A stretch of 63,765 nucleotides of DNA, filler included, from Octopus bimaculoides (GCF_001194135.2; 8 parts of 8 records of this genome joined end to end with filler, not necessarily neighbours in it), one strand, 5' to 3'; shown: positions 1-11,851, counted from the first letter of the whole stretch. Notes: generated by a model from the sequence alone, not told the origin. Translations and numbers: made by a program.

Positions 1-2
1 TA

Positions 3-40
<38 letters not shown>

Positions 41-234
41 GTATATATATGTATGTACGTATGTATATATGTATACATGCATATATGTATGCATATATAT
101 GTATATATATGTGTGTGTGTATGTGTATTTATACATACATGTACGTACATATATGTGTGTGTATGTGTGTGTGCTTGTGTGTGTGCGCGCGAACGTGTAT
201 GTGTTTGTGTATGCATATATGTAAATTTGAATAC

Positions 235-272
<38 letters not shown>

Positions 273-300
273 GCACACACACACACACACACACACATCT
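1..300. repeat. (TA)n/(TG)n/(CA)n compound microsatellite
   Basis: Dinucleotide arrays are directly visible. The ORFs here are YI/CV/HT repeats. Confidence 0.95.
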
Positions 301-558
301 ATTTCCAAGTGTTTTGTGATCCTGCCACCACCCCGCCATTCCTTCTGGTATTTTTGATTGATCACTCCTCTTATATATGGAATGGTTCAATAGAACGCTT
401 CGTTTCCCTTCCATTTTGACCGTCCGCCATCTTATGTGACCGCCACAAACACATAAACTAATCTGTTCAGATGGTGACAATACACACACACACACACACA
501 CACATTCACACACACACACACGTGTGTGCATGCATACATACCTACACATAGATACACA

Positions 559-735
559 TGCGATGGGGTGCTAAAACATTCCTGGCTTTAAGGGTGTCGG
601 GAAAAGCCTGGCTGGAGGATTACTGCAGTAAGTGTGTGAATCTGAGAGAGGAATATGTTGAATAGAATCATAATTAACTGATCCTCCTGTATTTTCTTTT
701 ACCCGAAGCCAGGAGCCTTTCAAAACCCCACATGC
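559..735 (+). mobile_element. Mariner-derived MITE / internally deleted mariner
   Basis: Imperfect ~30-bp TIRs (GGGGTGCTAAAACATTCCTGGCTTT ... GAAGCCAGGAGCCTTTCAAAACCCC). The interior encodes KCVNLREEYVE*, which resembles the mariner transposase C-terminus. Confidence 0.65.
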
Positions 736-1533
736 ATGTATGTATATATATGTGTGTGTATGTGTGTGCAAACGAATAGGCACATAAATATAGACACACA
801 CACACACANNNNNNNNNNNNNNNNNNNNNNNNNNNNNNNNNNNNNNNNNNNNNNNNNNNNNNNNNNNNNNNNNNNNNNNNNNNNNNNNNNNNNNNNNNNN
901 NNNNNNNNNNNNNNNNNNNNNNNNNNNNNNNNNNNNNNNNNNNNNNNNNNNNNNNNNNNNNNNNNNNNNNNNNNNNNNNNNNNNNNNNNNNNNNNNNNNN
1001 NNNNNNNNNNNNNNNNNNNNNNNNNNNNNNNNNNNNNNNNNNNNNNNNNNNNNNNNNNNNNNNNNNNNNNNNNNNNNNNNNNNNNNNNNNNNNNNNNNNN
1101 NNNNNNNNNNNNNNNNNNNNNNNNNNNNNNNNNNNNNNNNNNNNNNNNNNNNNNNNNNNNNNNNNNNNNNNNNNNNNNNNNNNNNNNNNNNNNNNNNNNN
1201 NNNNNNNNNNNNNNNNNNNNNNNNNNNNNNNNNNNNNNNNNNNNNNNNNNNNNNNNNNNNNNNNNNNNNNNNNNNNNNNNNNNNNNNNNNNNNNNNNNNN
1301 NNNNNNNNNNNNNNNNNNNNNNNNNNNNNNNNNNNNNNNNNNNNNNNNNNNNNNNNNNNNNNNNNNNNNNNNNNNNNNNNNNNNNNNNNNNNNNNNNNNN
1401 NNNNNNNNNNNNNNNNNNNNNNNNNNNNNNNNNNNNNNNNNNNNNNNNNNNNNNNNNNNNNNNNNNNNNNNNNNNNNNNNNNNNNNNNNNNNNNNNNNNN
1501 NNNNNNNNNNNNNNNNNNNNTACATATATATAC

Positions 1534-1575
<42 letters not shown>

Positions 1576-1697
1576 TAAATAAATGACAAAGGAACAAGAA
1601 TTACATTATGAACTTCATTAGCTTACAGCTGTTTCTGCTATCAGATGAATTGCAGTCAGAGCTGAGGTGTTTGTGCATCACTTTATATCCTCCTCAG

Positions 1698-1868
1698 GTT
1701 TGTGTCTGTACCTGCGTCTCCAATGCTGGTGTGTTTTGCGGTTCGACAAAAGTGCCCGATAGAATAAGTACTAGGCTTACAAAGAATAAGTCGTGGGGTC
1801 GATTTGCTCGACTAAAGGCGGTGCTTCAGTATGGCCACAGTCAAATGACTAAAACAAATAAAAGAAAC
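1698..1868 (+). mobile_element. SINE family A, 3' half
   Basis: Matches the 3' half of the full copy at 8627-9044 (GATAGAATAAGTACTAGGCTTACAAAGAATAAGTC...GTCAAATGACT). Confidence 0.85.
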
Positions 1869-1954
1869 AATACATACATACATATATATATGTATGTATG
1901 TATGTATATATATGTGTGTGTATGTGTGTGCAAACGAATAGGCACATAAATATA

Positions 1955-1990
<36 letters not shown>

Positions 1991-2039
1991 GTTGTCCTTG
2001 TTATAGCGGCCATATCTATTTTATTGAGTTAATGCAGGA

Positions 2040-2587
2040 TCTCAACGTCACTAACACCACCGCCATCGCCACCGTCACCGCCGCCGCTACCGCCCCCTCT
2101 TCCTCCTCCTCCTCCGCTGCCGCCGCCGTCGCCTTCCTCGCTTTGACACGTAACTCAATCCGATAAGCTGGGTTACTGAACCAACAGGGTGACAAGTTCC
2201 ATCTGAATGTTATTCGTACAACCCACCACCAACACCATTACCACAACGGTGCCAACACCACCAACACCACCACCACCACCACCACCACCACCACCACCAC
2301 CACCACCACCACCACTACTATCAAAACGATCCTCATCACATCTATCACAACCACCACCACCAATTTCGCAACAACTACCATCATCATCATCATCACCACC
2401 ACCACCACCACTATTACTTCCTTATAAACGCCCCAGACATACCACTTCCACGTCACTACAACCACCATACCACCACCACTACAACCTCCATAATCATACC
2501 GCATTCATCCCCCAGATGCTACCACTACCACCGATACTACTAAAGCTAAATTAATTAGTATCATGACAGACCGTTCTAAAAGTTTAT

Positions 2588-2641
<54 letters not shown>

Positions 2642-2690
2642 GGATGGATGGATGGATGGATGGATGGATGGATGGAGAAATGCGGATACT
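2040..2690. repeat. (GCC)n/(CCA)n/(TCA)n trinucleotide and (GATA)n/(GATG)n tetranucleotide arrays
   Basis: Directly visible. These arrays produce the poly-Pro/poly-Val ORFs. Confidence 0.9.
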
Positions 2691-2769
2691 CATTTATGCT
2701 TAAATCCATGCTTCTGTACATGCGTATGTCTCTCTGTATGTTGGTGATCTTTTTCTCCCAACTCATCAA

Positions 2770-3140
2770 TGTTGTGATACGCAACACTTGTTAATCTCCC
2801 CCGAGAACGCCGCAACCAAAGAGTTTTGAACGGAGACTAAATACATGACCATCACTAAAGATAAAAGCCACCGATTGGTTCCAACGATGACATACAACAC
2901 AAGAAGTTCTGTGACTTCCAAGTACGTTGTGTTCTACGTCGCTGACGATGTGAAAGACTTCCTCACTCGCAAGGGACGAGTTTCCAGTCTCTGCTCCAAG
3001 CCTCCAAACTTCCGCCTGTCAAGTATTACAAAGTCGAAACAGTTTGCTTTCGCCAGAGCATGTTTACCAAGCATCTTTTTGTCTCTGTGGAGTTGAAAAT
3101 TGGACAATGAAGAAAGGGCTTCGAGATCGCCCCAATACAG
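2770..3140 (+). mobile_element. Decayed RTE-clade LINE reverse-transcriptase C-terminal fragment
   Basis: Frameshifted peptides TETKYMTI, DF-KYVVFYVADDVKDFLTRKGR and LCGVENWTMKKGLRDR resemble the RTE motifs KTEYM, DFKYLGSYI..DF..RKG.AW and LLYG.ETWT. Confidence 0.6.
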
Positions 3141-3196
3141 AACCGGATTAAAACCCAAAGAGGCTCCAAGCACTTAAAGGACTATGGTGTTCCCAT

Positions 3197-3358
3197 AGGT
3201 TCAGTCATGGCTGTGTGGTAAGAGGCTTACTTCCCAGTCACATGGTTCAGGGTTCAGTTCCACTATGTAGCACCTTGGGAAACTGTCTTCTACTATAGCC
3301 TCGGGCCGACCAAAGCCTCGTGAGTAAATTTGGTAGACGGAAACTGAAAGAATCCCGC
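3197..3358 (+). mobile_element. SINE family A, 5' half (tRNA-like head)
   Basis: Aligns to 8627-8790. Confidence 0.85.
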
Positions 3359-3379
3359 TAATCAATATTTAATATTTCT

Positions 3380-3690
3380 AGGGCAGCGAACCGGCAGAAC
3401 CGATAACACTCCGAACAAAATGCTTAGCGGTCAGTATGTTCTGAGTTCAAATTTTAGCAAGGTCGGCTTTGCCTTTCATCCTTTCGGGATCGATAAATTA
3501 AGTACCAGTTGCGTATTGGGGTCGATCTAATCGATTGACTCCCCCCCCCAACACACACACAAAATTTCGGGCCTTATGCCTAGAGTAGGAAAGAATAAAA
3601 TAAGTACCAGTGACACACTGGGGTCGATGTAATCGACTCCTCCCACCCACGAAATTGCTGGCCTTGTGTCGAAATTTGAAATCAATATTA
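3380..3690 (+). mobile_element. SINE family B plus a duplicated partial 3' segment
   Basis: Contains GGCAG...GAGTTCAAAT (B box)...GCCTTTCATCCTTTCGGG.TCGATAAATTAAGTACC. A second 3' module spans 3597-3690. Confidence 0.85.
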
Positions 3691-3729
3691 AGTATTTCTC
3701 GAACGAAGATTCCAACTATTATTCAAATA

Positions 3730-4480
3730 TGCAAATAAGAAGGTCGTATCAAAGAGAAGTGCCGAGGAGGTTTGCGAAGCGGAGAAGAAATCAAAAACCA
3801 AAATTCATACAAACCTCAGCAAACGAAAAGGGCCATATATCTTTAAGAATGCTGTTCAACATGCTTTTTAGGTGGGGGTTGAGCATTTTAATGTGAGGTT
3901 GTCAAAACTAAGTGTTGATAAATGGCTGAAAAATCTCCATTACACATTCAAGAGGAGGAATGAGAATTCTGAAAGAGCTTCAACTTCGGAGAACATAACA
4001 TGGAGGATAAATTACGATGGAGAATTTCTAAACAGAAAAGTCTGGGAGGAATTTTTATTTTTTAATTATGATTTATAGCGACATCGTATTTCGTTATGCA
4101 TCCATAATATACTACAGAGTATGTTAAACGTTTTTAGAAGTCAATAGTGTGTTCTTCTGTGTTAGCAGTGCTGTTACATTGTTTGTTAAGGTTATCTCTA
4201 CAGATTTTCGATAGAAATTATGGCCAGCACTGATTTTTGTTGTTACGTTTTCACAAGTTCTAAATACGGAAAATGGAAAACAGACATTGTCCTTTGAGGA
4301 CAGCACACGGATTGCATACCCTGAATTATAAATATATTATTTGTGCCATTGGCAAAGATGGAGAAATCTACGACAAACAAAGAAACGGTGCCTTCAATTC
4401 TTCAAGCTTTTATGACTTTATCGACAAATTTCTTCATTACAGACAACTGCGGTATCCAACCTCCTGGGTTGACGACGTTG
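3730..4480 (+). pseudogene. Decayed IS630/Tc1-superfamily (DDE_3-type) transposase
   Basis: Peptides FNVRLSKLSVDKWLKNLHYTFKR..SERASTSENI.WRINY..EFL and IICAIGKDGEIY....NGAFNSSSFYDFIDKFL match the HTH-to-DDE segments of IS630-like eukaryotic transposases. Multiple stops and frameshifts. Confidence 0.6.
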
Positions 4481-4933
4481 GTGGTGGTGGTGGTAGCGGT
4501 CCATACATCAGTAACATGGCGGTGGTGATGATGATGATGATGACGACGATGATGACGATGCTACTGTTGGTAATGATGATGATGATGATGGTAATATTGG
4601 TGGTGGTGGTGGTGGTGGTGGTGATAGGGGGGATAAATATGGTGGGGGCTGATGGCAGCGTTGATTTTATTTTTCATAGGACGATTGGATAGAACCCCTT
4701 TACGTATTTTGAGGAGGAGGAAGATAGAGAGAGGATAACATTAGAAGAGGAGGATGGTTTGAAAAATACAGAGATGATCTATTTGTGTGTGTATGTGTAT
4801 TTATATGTTTATATATATATGCGTGTGTGTGTGTATGCATGTATGTGTATGTATATTTATAGGTATACGTGTGTATATATGTATATATGTTTGCCTGCAC
4901 GTGTGTGTGTGTGCATGTACATGTATGTATGTT

Positions 4934-4966
<33 letters not shown>

Positions 4967-5070
4967 ATGAGTGTGTGTATATATGCGTGTATATGTGTGT
5001 AAGTGTGTGTATGTCACAAAGAGAGAAAAACAGACAGACAGACAGACAGACAGACAGGCAGATTGACAGA
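4480..5070. repeat. (GGT)n/(GAT)n, (TG)n/(TA)n and (GACA)n arrays
   Basis: Directly visible. Confidence 0.9.
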
Positions 5071-5198
5071 CAGAGAGGTGCCAATTTTTTGTTCGCTTTT
5101 TAACAACGGACGGAAGTTTTGGCTTCTATTTTGAACAACGGCAAAACAACAATATTAACAACTCTGCCGCTTGTTTGAAAAAAAGAATGATAAACCCA

Positions 5199-5298
5199 NN
5201 NNNNNNNNNNNNNNNNNNNNNNNNNNNNNNNNNNNNNNNNNNTTAATTAATTAANNNNNNNNNNNNNNNNNNNNNNNNNNNNNNNNNNNNNNNNNNNN
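5199..5298. other. Artificial 100-bp scaffold spacer (44 N + TTAATTAATTAA + 44 N)
   Basis: The identical structure recurs at 36599-36698, 39139-39238, 45030-45129, 48886-48985, 55745-55844 and 60082-60181. Confidence 0.97.
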
Positions 5299-5382
5299 TA
5301 TATATATATATATATATATATGCACAAACACACACACATACATACATACATAGATACATACATACATACATGCATGCATGCA

Positions 5383-5417
<35 letters not shown>

Positions 5418-5424
5418 GTATATA

Positions 5425-5620
5425 CGAGCCGGCAGAAACGTTAGCAAGCCGGACGAAATGCTTAACGGTATTTCGTCTGTCTTTGTACTCTGAGTTCAAT
5501 TTCCTCCGAGGTCGACTTTGCCGTTCATCCTTTCGGGGTCGATAAATTAAGTACCAGTTGATCTAATCGACTGACCCCCCTCCCCCAAAATTCTCGGCCT
5601 TGTCCCTAGAGTAGAAAAGT
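5425..5620 (+). mobile_element. SINE family B
   Basis: Near-complete copy with B box and the tail CCTAGAGTAGAAAAG. Confidence 0.9.
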
Positions 5621-6813
5621 AGATATATATACATAAATAGTTAGATACACACATCAATGCATGCATATATGTATACACACACATACACACACAAAAATAC
5701 GTCTGTACATATATGTGTTTGTGTGTAGAGAAGTGTGCTGCCTTTTAGTATACCACATTATTTATTTACTTATTCATTTTTCCTTTTGTTATTGTACATG
5801 TCTTAAATGCCTTAGGAATTAAGTTTATCTCTGAATGTAATAAAATTGCGTCAACGAGATCAAGTTGTCGATGAGTGGAAGCTGTGTTCTGACTGTGGAG
5901 AAATTTTCTTTGGATAAATTGCCTGAAATCCTATCAAGACGGGTAGTATACACAAGAGCTCATGCGCAAAACTGACATTTTGTCTATCTACCTGGTTGGT
6001 GGACACACCCATGAAGCGTTGAACATTTTAAAGTTGTGTGTTTATTTCATGAGTTGATCGTGAATAAAATTGTAATGTCTGAGGAAGTGAATCAACTCTA
6101 AATTTAAATAAATTTGCTTGGTCAAAAGGTGGAACATTTACACAGCATCTCCAACACTTTGATAACCAGGTTCCTGCAAGAACCCGCTGCAGTGGTGTTC
6201 AACTTGATTTTAGCTATCCCCGCCATTCTATATATAAATTACACANNNNNNNNNNNNNNNNNNNNNNNNNNNNNNNNNNNNNNNNNNNNNNNNNNNNNNN
6301 NNNNNNNNNNNNNNNNNNNNNNNNNNNNNNNNNNNNNNNNNNNNNNNNNNNNNNNNNNNNNNNNNNNNNNNNNNNNNNNNNNNNNNNNNNNNNNNNNNNN
6401 NNNNNNNNNNNNNNNNNNNNNNNNNNNNNNNNNNNNNNNNNNNNNNNNNNNNNNNNNNNNNNNNNNNNNNNNNNNNNNNNNNNNNNNNNNNNNNNNNNNN
6501 NNNNNNNNNNNNNNNNNNNNNNNNNNNNNNNNNNNNNNNNNNNNNNNNNNNNNNNNNNNNNNNNNNNNNNNNNNNNNNNNNNNNNNNNNNNNNNNNNNNN
6601 NNNNNNNNNNNNNNNNNNNNNNNNNNNNNNNNNNNNNNNNNNNNNNNNNNNNNNNNNNNNNNNNNNNNNNNNNNNNNNNNNNNNNNNNNNNNNNNNNNNN
6701 NNNNNNNNNNNNNNNNNNNNNNNNNNNNNNNNNNNNNNNNNNNNNNNNNNNNNNNNNNNNNNNNNNNNNNNNNNNNNNNNNNNNNNNNNNNNNNNNNNNN
6801 NNNNNNNNNNNNN

Positions 6814-7035
6814 GGGGGGGGGTCTTTGTGTCAGTGTTTGTCTCCACATCACCGCTTCAGAACCGGTGTTGGTGTGTTTACATTCCCCGTAAACTAGCGA
6901 TTCGCCAAAAGGAACTGATAGAATAAGTACTAGGCTTAAAAAAATAAATCGATTTCTTCGACCAAAATCATTCAAGGCGATGCTCCAGCATGGCCGCAGT
7001 CAAAATGGATGAAACAAGTAAAAGAGTAAAAGAGT
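6814..7035 (+). mobile_element. SINE family A, 3' half (5' half probably in the gap)
   Basis: Ends in GAAACAAGTAAAAGAGTAAAAGAGT. Confidence 0.85.
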
Positions 7036-7714
7036 ACGGCTTTATTCTCACTCCAGCCTGTCACTAGTTGTAGCATCGATGTTCGTTTAGGCGATTCATT
7101 TGCTTTACATATTCATCCAAAGTACACATCCCTGTGCATTTTCTTCAAGGTTTTACCAATTCAGGTGGGTGAAAAGAACTGAGGATTCAAGTATTAGATA
7201 GTCCTTCTTAAAGTATACTCTAGACGAGGTATCATAAGACCTCAGGCTTCATTACTGTAGGGTTTGCGTTGAAATAATATATTGCTATCGTTCTGATGTC
7301 ATTTTAATTTTGAATGTCCCTTTAAGATATGAAGGGAACAGGCTATTTTATACGCTTAGTGACAGACAAACAACTTTAATTAGGTCAGGATGTATTCATG
7401 TTTCTGACCACCCGTATTCAGGACACTATGTTACCCTACACGTTAAATGGATAGCTTTAAAAGGAATCGAAAGAAAGAGAAAATAAACGTATCACTTAAT
7501 TGCTTATCTTCAACAATTCGGTATGTTCCTGTAATTTGGTGCAGTTAACCAGATCTGCATTATATCAAAGTACTAAGAAGATAACTGTTCCGATTCCAAA
7601 TCCCTTTTTTCTTTAACGTTTAATTTACGATTTATAGTCGCTGTAAAACCAGTACAGTGGATACAAAACGGAAACTTATATAGCGGAAGTCCGTAGTATT
7701 TCTTCATATATGTA

Positions 7715-7967
7715 TTGGGCTGGTGCATAATTATTGCGGCTTTTTTCCAACAAATCTTATTCAACAAAAACAATAACAATGTTTGACAAAAGCATCTTTA
7801 AATGACGGTCTGACCGTCGGTCAAGCAAATGGGAAGTACTAATTGAAGTAGATGGTGAATATATGCTCCGGAATAATCATTTAAAGATGTTTTTGTTGCA
7901 TGTTGTGATTGTTTTTGTTGAATAAAGTTTGTTGAAAAAAAGTTGCAATAATTATGCGCCAACCCAA
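7715..7967 (+). mobile_element. Mariner MITE (253 bp) with long TIRs and TA target duplication
   Basis: TA|TTGGGCTGGTGCATAATTATTGCGG ... GCAATAATTATGCGCCAACCCAA|TA, with ~85-bp inverted arms. The interior encodes SKWEVLIEVDGEY, a mariner C-terminus. Confidence 0.9.
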
Positions 7968-8269
7968 TATATATGTATGTACACATGTTTATATGCGGAT
8001 TTGCCGGAAGTAATGTAAAAATGAGCGTAACTTATGCTTTAACCGACACAGATCTTTTGCCGGTTGTATTACACTGATAAGAGAAAGCTGACGAAATTTA
8101 GGAAAGAGGAAACCAGCATTGAAAACAAACGAAACAGTGGGAGATAATCGACTACAACCACAGATACGAAACCCCACCGAGTAGACTAATTAATTCGTCT
8201 GATCAGACGAGTCTCAGACCGTGAGCGTGCTGCTAAACTGCAGTGAGGTCTCATTACATTACAGAAGAT

Positions 8270-8450
8270 GGTAGAAAATGTGGGCTCTCGGGTGTATGCA
8301 AAGTGGGTACCTCGGCTGTTGATGTCAAATTTGTTGAAGGTAAAGCAGAACTTCTGGAAGCGTTTGAAGAGAATGAAGACATATTTTTCCAGAAATTATG
8401 ACAAAGGGTGAAACTTTCCACATTCAATACAACTATGAAAAATATTTGAC
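8270..8450 (+). pseudogene. Mariner transposase remnant
   Basis: VYAKWVPRLL (the WVPxxL motif), then ELLEAFEENEDIFFQK and IMTKGETF, which resembles IVTGDETW. Confidence 0.7.
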
Positions 8451-8626
8451 AATGAATCAGGCAATCAGCAGGCTTGGCCGCCGGTCAGTTGTCTCCGATC
8501 TACCATAAAGCTTGTGTCTAGAACACTCTGAGTTCATCAGTTTCTTTTTTCCAGTTATAACAGAGACGAAATGAAGATAACTGTGAATAAGTAGATGCAA
8601 CGGTGCACATCAGAATTATTTTTAAA

Positions 8627-9044
8627 GTGCGCAGGAGTGGCTGTGTGGTAAGTAGCTTGGTTACCAACCACATGGTTCTGGGTTCAGTCCTACTGCGTGG
8701 CACCTTGGGCAAGTGTCTTCTACTATAGACTCGGGCCGACCAAAGCCTTGTGATTGAATTTGGTAGACGGAGACTGAAAGAAGCCCGTCGTATATATGTG
8801 TATATGTATATGTATGTGTGTGTATATATCTGTGTGTCTGTGTTTGTCCCCCACCAACATCGCTTGACAACCAATGATGATGTGTTTACGTCCCAGTTAC
8901 TTAGCGGTTCGGCAAAAGAGACCGATAGAATATGTACTACGCTCACAACGAATAAGTCCTGGGGTCGATTTACTCGACTAAAGGCGGTGCTCCAGCATGG
9001 CCGCAGTCAAATGACTGAAACAAAAGAGTAAAAGAGTAAAAGAG
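8627..9044 (+). mobile_element. SINE family A, full length (~420 bp; tRNA-like head, internal TA/TG tract, (AAAAGAGT)n tail)
   Basis: Pol III-like head GGAGTGGCTGTGTGG...GGGTTCAGTCC, a CACCTTGGGCAAGT segment, an internal microsatellite and a tandem tail. At least 12 related copies lie in the window. It resembles described Octopus SINEs (from recall). Confidence 0.9.
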
Positions 9045-9502
9045 AGTCGTAGTCAACAATGACGCAAATTCACTGCTTGAGATGGAGACCTTGTTGAATA
9101 GTGTCTTTGCGTAGACGTAGTGGTATACTATAAATGTGTAATTTCAACGACCTCTATCAGTTAATGAAGTTATGCGCTCATTTCTTTAATTTCAAGATAA
9201 GCTTCGTATATGACAACTAATATTTCTAATTATTTAGGTGTTCATATATCTGCCAAAGCCTCTGTATATTTGCTTCTTTATATGCACTTCTCTGTTGCTT
9301 TATGCGTCTACATATACAAGTATATCTAGAACGGTTTATTTATGTGGAGGAGATTAGATAATTACCATATGCAGTTAAACTCATGGCAACAAATCTAAAC
9401 ATAATAATCAATTTTGAAATGAATAATTAGTCGTTAATTATTATTAATTGAAGAATTAAAATATTACGAATTCAATTTATAACATTAACGGCAAAAACAA
9501 CA

Positions 9503-9533
<31 letters not shown>

Positions 9534-9972
9534 TAGCAGCAGCAGCTGCAAGTATGATGATGTGATAGTAGGCAATAATCTATAGAAGAAAAATATCAAA
9601 AACAAAAATAACTATTTTGAGCAATATAACCGATTTTAAAATTATGGTATAATGTTTTATATAAATTGTTTTTTCTAAATTGCTATTATATTGTCTTTTT
9701 AGCGTTGTTGCTCGATGCACATGAAGTGAGTCTGCTCATTTCTAGTAATTAATACGTCAAGAGTTAATGTTCCTCATGTTGTCATCTTGTGACCAGTTCA
9801 GACTTCTTATTTAATAAGATATACTTTTTTTTTTAATATGAAGTTCCTTTTAACATATGAAGTTATTAAGTAGAATTGCATTGCTATTCTTATTTTTATT
9901 CTTTTACCACTATAGATTTTATTTCAGCTTGGCACACACACACACACACACGAGCACACACATACACACGAG

Positions 9973-10010
<38 letters not shown>

Positions 10011-10057
10011 AACACACACACAAACACACACACACACACACACAAAACATACACACG

Positions 10058-10474
10058 TGTATTCTTTTCTACTCCTGGCACAAGGCCCGAAATTTTTGGG
10101 GAGTGGGGGGGCCAGTCGATTAGATCGACTTCAGCAGGCAACTGGTACTTAATTTATCGACTCTGAAAGGATTAAAGGCAAAGTCGACCTCGGTGGAATT
10201 TGAACTCAGAAGGTAAAGACAGACGAAATACGCTAAGCATTTTACCCGGCATGCTAACGCTTCTGCCAACTCACCGCCTTATACACACGTATATTCTTTT
10301 CTACTCCAGGCACAAAGCTCGACATTTTAGGGCACGGGACCAGTCGATTAGATCGACCCAATACGCAACTGGTACTTAATTTATCGACCCCGAAAGGATG
10401 AAAGCCAAAGTCGACATGAAATAACGCTAAATATTTCGCCCGGTGAGCTAACTTTTCTGCCAGCTCGCCGCCTT
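10058..10474 (-). mobile_element. Two head-to-tail SINE family B copies
   Basis: Copies at 10058-10281 and 10289-10474, separated and flanked by ATACACACGT.TATTCT-like repeats. Confidence 0.9.
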
Positions 10475-10604
10475 ATATTCACACTTATATTCTCCCCAAT
10501 AAGTACCGACTGATCATATCAATGATGAATGATTTGTCAGAATTTTTGATTGACAAAGGAAGAGGCAGTAATTTTGACCTTTTGTCAAATTTGGAGTTTC
10601 AGAG

Positions 10605-11146
10605 TTATTACCTCTGCCTTCTACCTCCGCCTTAACGAAGGCAGAGGTATTGTTTTTCAGTCGCGTTTGTTTGATTGTTTGTCCGTGGACTAGATAGATA
10701 TCTCAAGAACCGCAAGATGGATTCGGATGAAACTTTTAGGGATGTTTGGCCTCGTGACTGACACGAACTCACTAGATTTTGGTATCAATCCGGTAGTGGA
10801 GAAAGATTCTGGATTATTTGTTGTATTTACTTTACATGATTACGATCTTACGTTAACTTTCTCAATTATCTCCCTTTAGGCTGTAACTATTTTGAATGGT
10901 GAGTTTATTACTGTTACTAAATGTTCTACAGTCACCTTCACATTCTATGACTACCAATGGGATCGATCAGGTACCGGACAAGGATTCTGGATTATTTTTC
11001 CTGTTTTTTTTTACTTAATTTCTTTGAGAGCGGTCGGGTTCATTTTGAGTATTCTCGTTTGTGAGAGCAGTCGAGTTTATTTCAGACATTCTCATTTTAA
11101 AATCCCCGACTCCTGTTGCTTTGGCGGTTCTCTGAGTGCTCTTGTT
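10605..11146 (+). mobile_element. Helentron-type (DINE-1/HINE-like) non-autonomous element
   Basis: The 5' end is TTATTACCTC(C/T)GCC with the hairpin ACCTCCGCCTT-AACG-AAGGCAGAGGT, followed by a GTTT microrepeat. An internal module is repeated (GATTCTGGATTATTT at ~10804 and ~10984). The 3' end is TTGGCGG...CTGAGTGCTCTTGTT. Confidence 0.65.
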
Positions 11147-11237
11147 TACGTTTCTATTTGATTTCCATTATCACATTAAACTAAGCTAGCAAAATTTGCC
11201 ATATATTTATTATAGATAATCTTCGTTAAGCTTCGCT

Positions 11238-11276
11238 TTATTACCTCCGCCTTAGCGAAGGCGGGGGTTATTGTTT
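11238..11276 (+). mobile_element. Second 5' terminus of the same Helentron-type element (stub)
   Basis: TTATTACCTCCGCCTTAGCGAAGGCGGGGGTTATTGTTT. Confidence 0.7.
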
Positions 11277-11310
11277 GATGGCATGCACTAATCTCTCACT
11301 CAATAATAAC

Positions 11311-11348
<38 letters not shown>

Positions 11349-11363
11349 TAATAACAATAATAA

Positions 11364-11851
11364 ATGACCTGATACAGTACCAAGCATTGGCTTTCATGGT
11401 TTCTGATCTTAATTGATTGGAAGTGTTATCATGTACATGTTATTTGTCATGGTATAAAAGATGGGCTACAGCAAATATTCTGTTCAGTACCACAGATCTG
11501 ATAATCACTTGCTTGACTTTAACCAGTTGAACATAGCCCATGTGGCTGCCGACATGTGCATCTCTGATCACGGGCAGAAGTAGTGGGGTAGCGTCTTGTG
11601 TTGAAAGGAATACTCTGGAAACATGAGTGCTTTGTTCAACGTCCTTAACCAACTCTTATTCAGAGACCTTTTGCGCTACTCGACCAGGTCATGCGCTGAT
11701 TTATCTGCATATAAGATCACCATAGCGCACACATATGGTTGTGATGTATGTGCCTGGTGTACCTTTATCAGACGGATAGTTATGATGGATTTATTAGGTT
11801 TCGTATAATTGTACCCGTGTCACTTTGTCCGCATGCGCTGCTTTCTCACTG
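11364..11851 (+). mobile_element. ~490-bp non-coding interspersed element embedded in (AAT)n arrays
   Basis: Flanked by (AAT)n at 11302-11363 and 11852-11962. A second copy of its terminus lies at 11274-11301. Confidence 0.6.

Noticed and set aside
5850-6240. KLCSDCGEIFF / SCAKLTFC peptides suggesting a Polinton-like zinc-finger remnant
   Set aside because: Too short and frameshifted to distinguish from chance.
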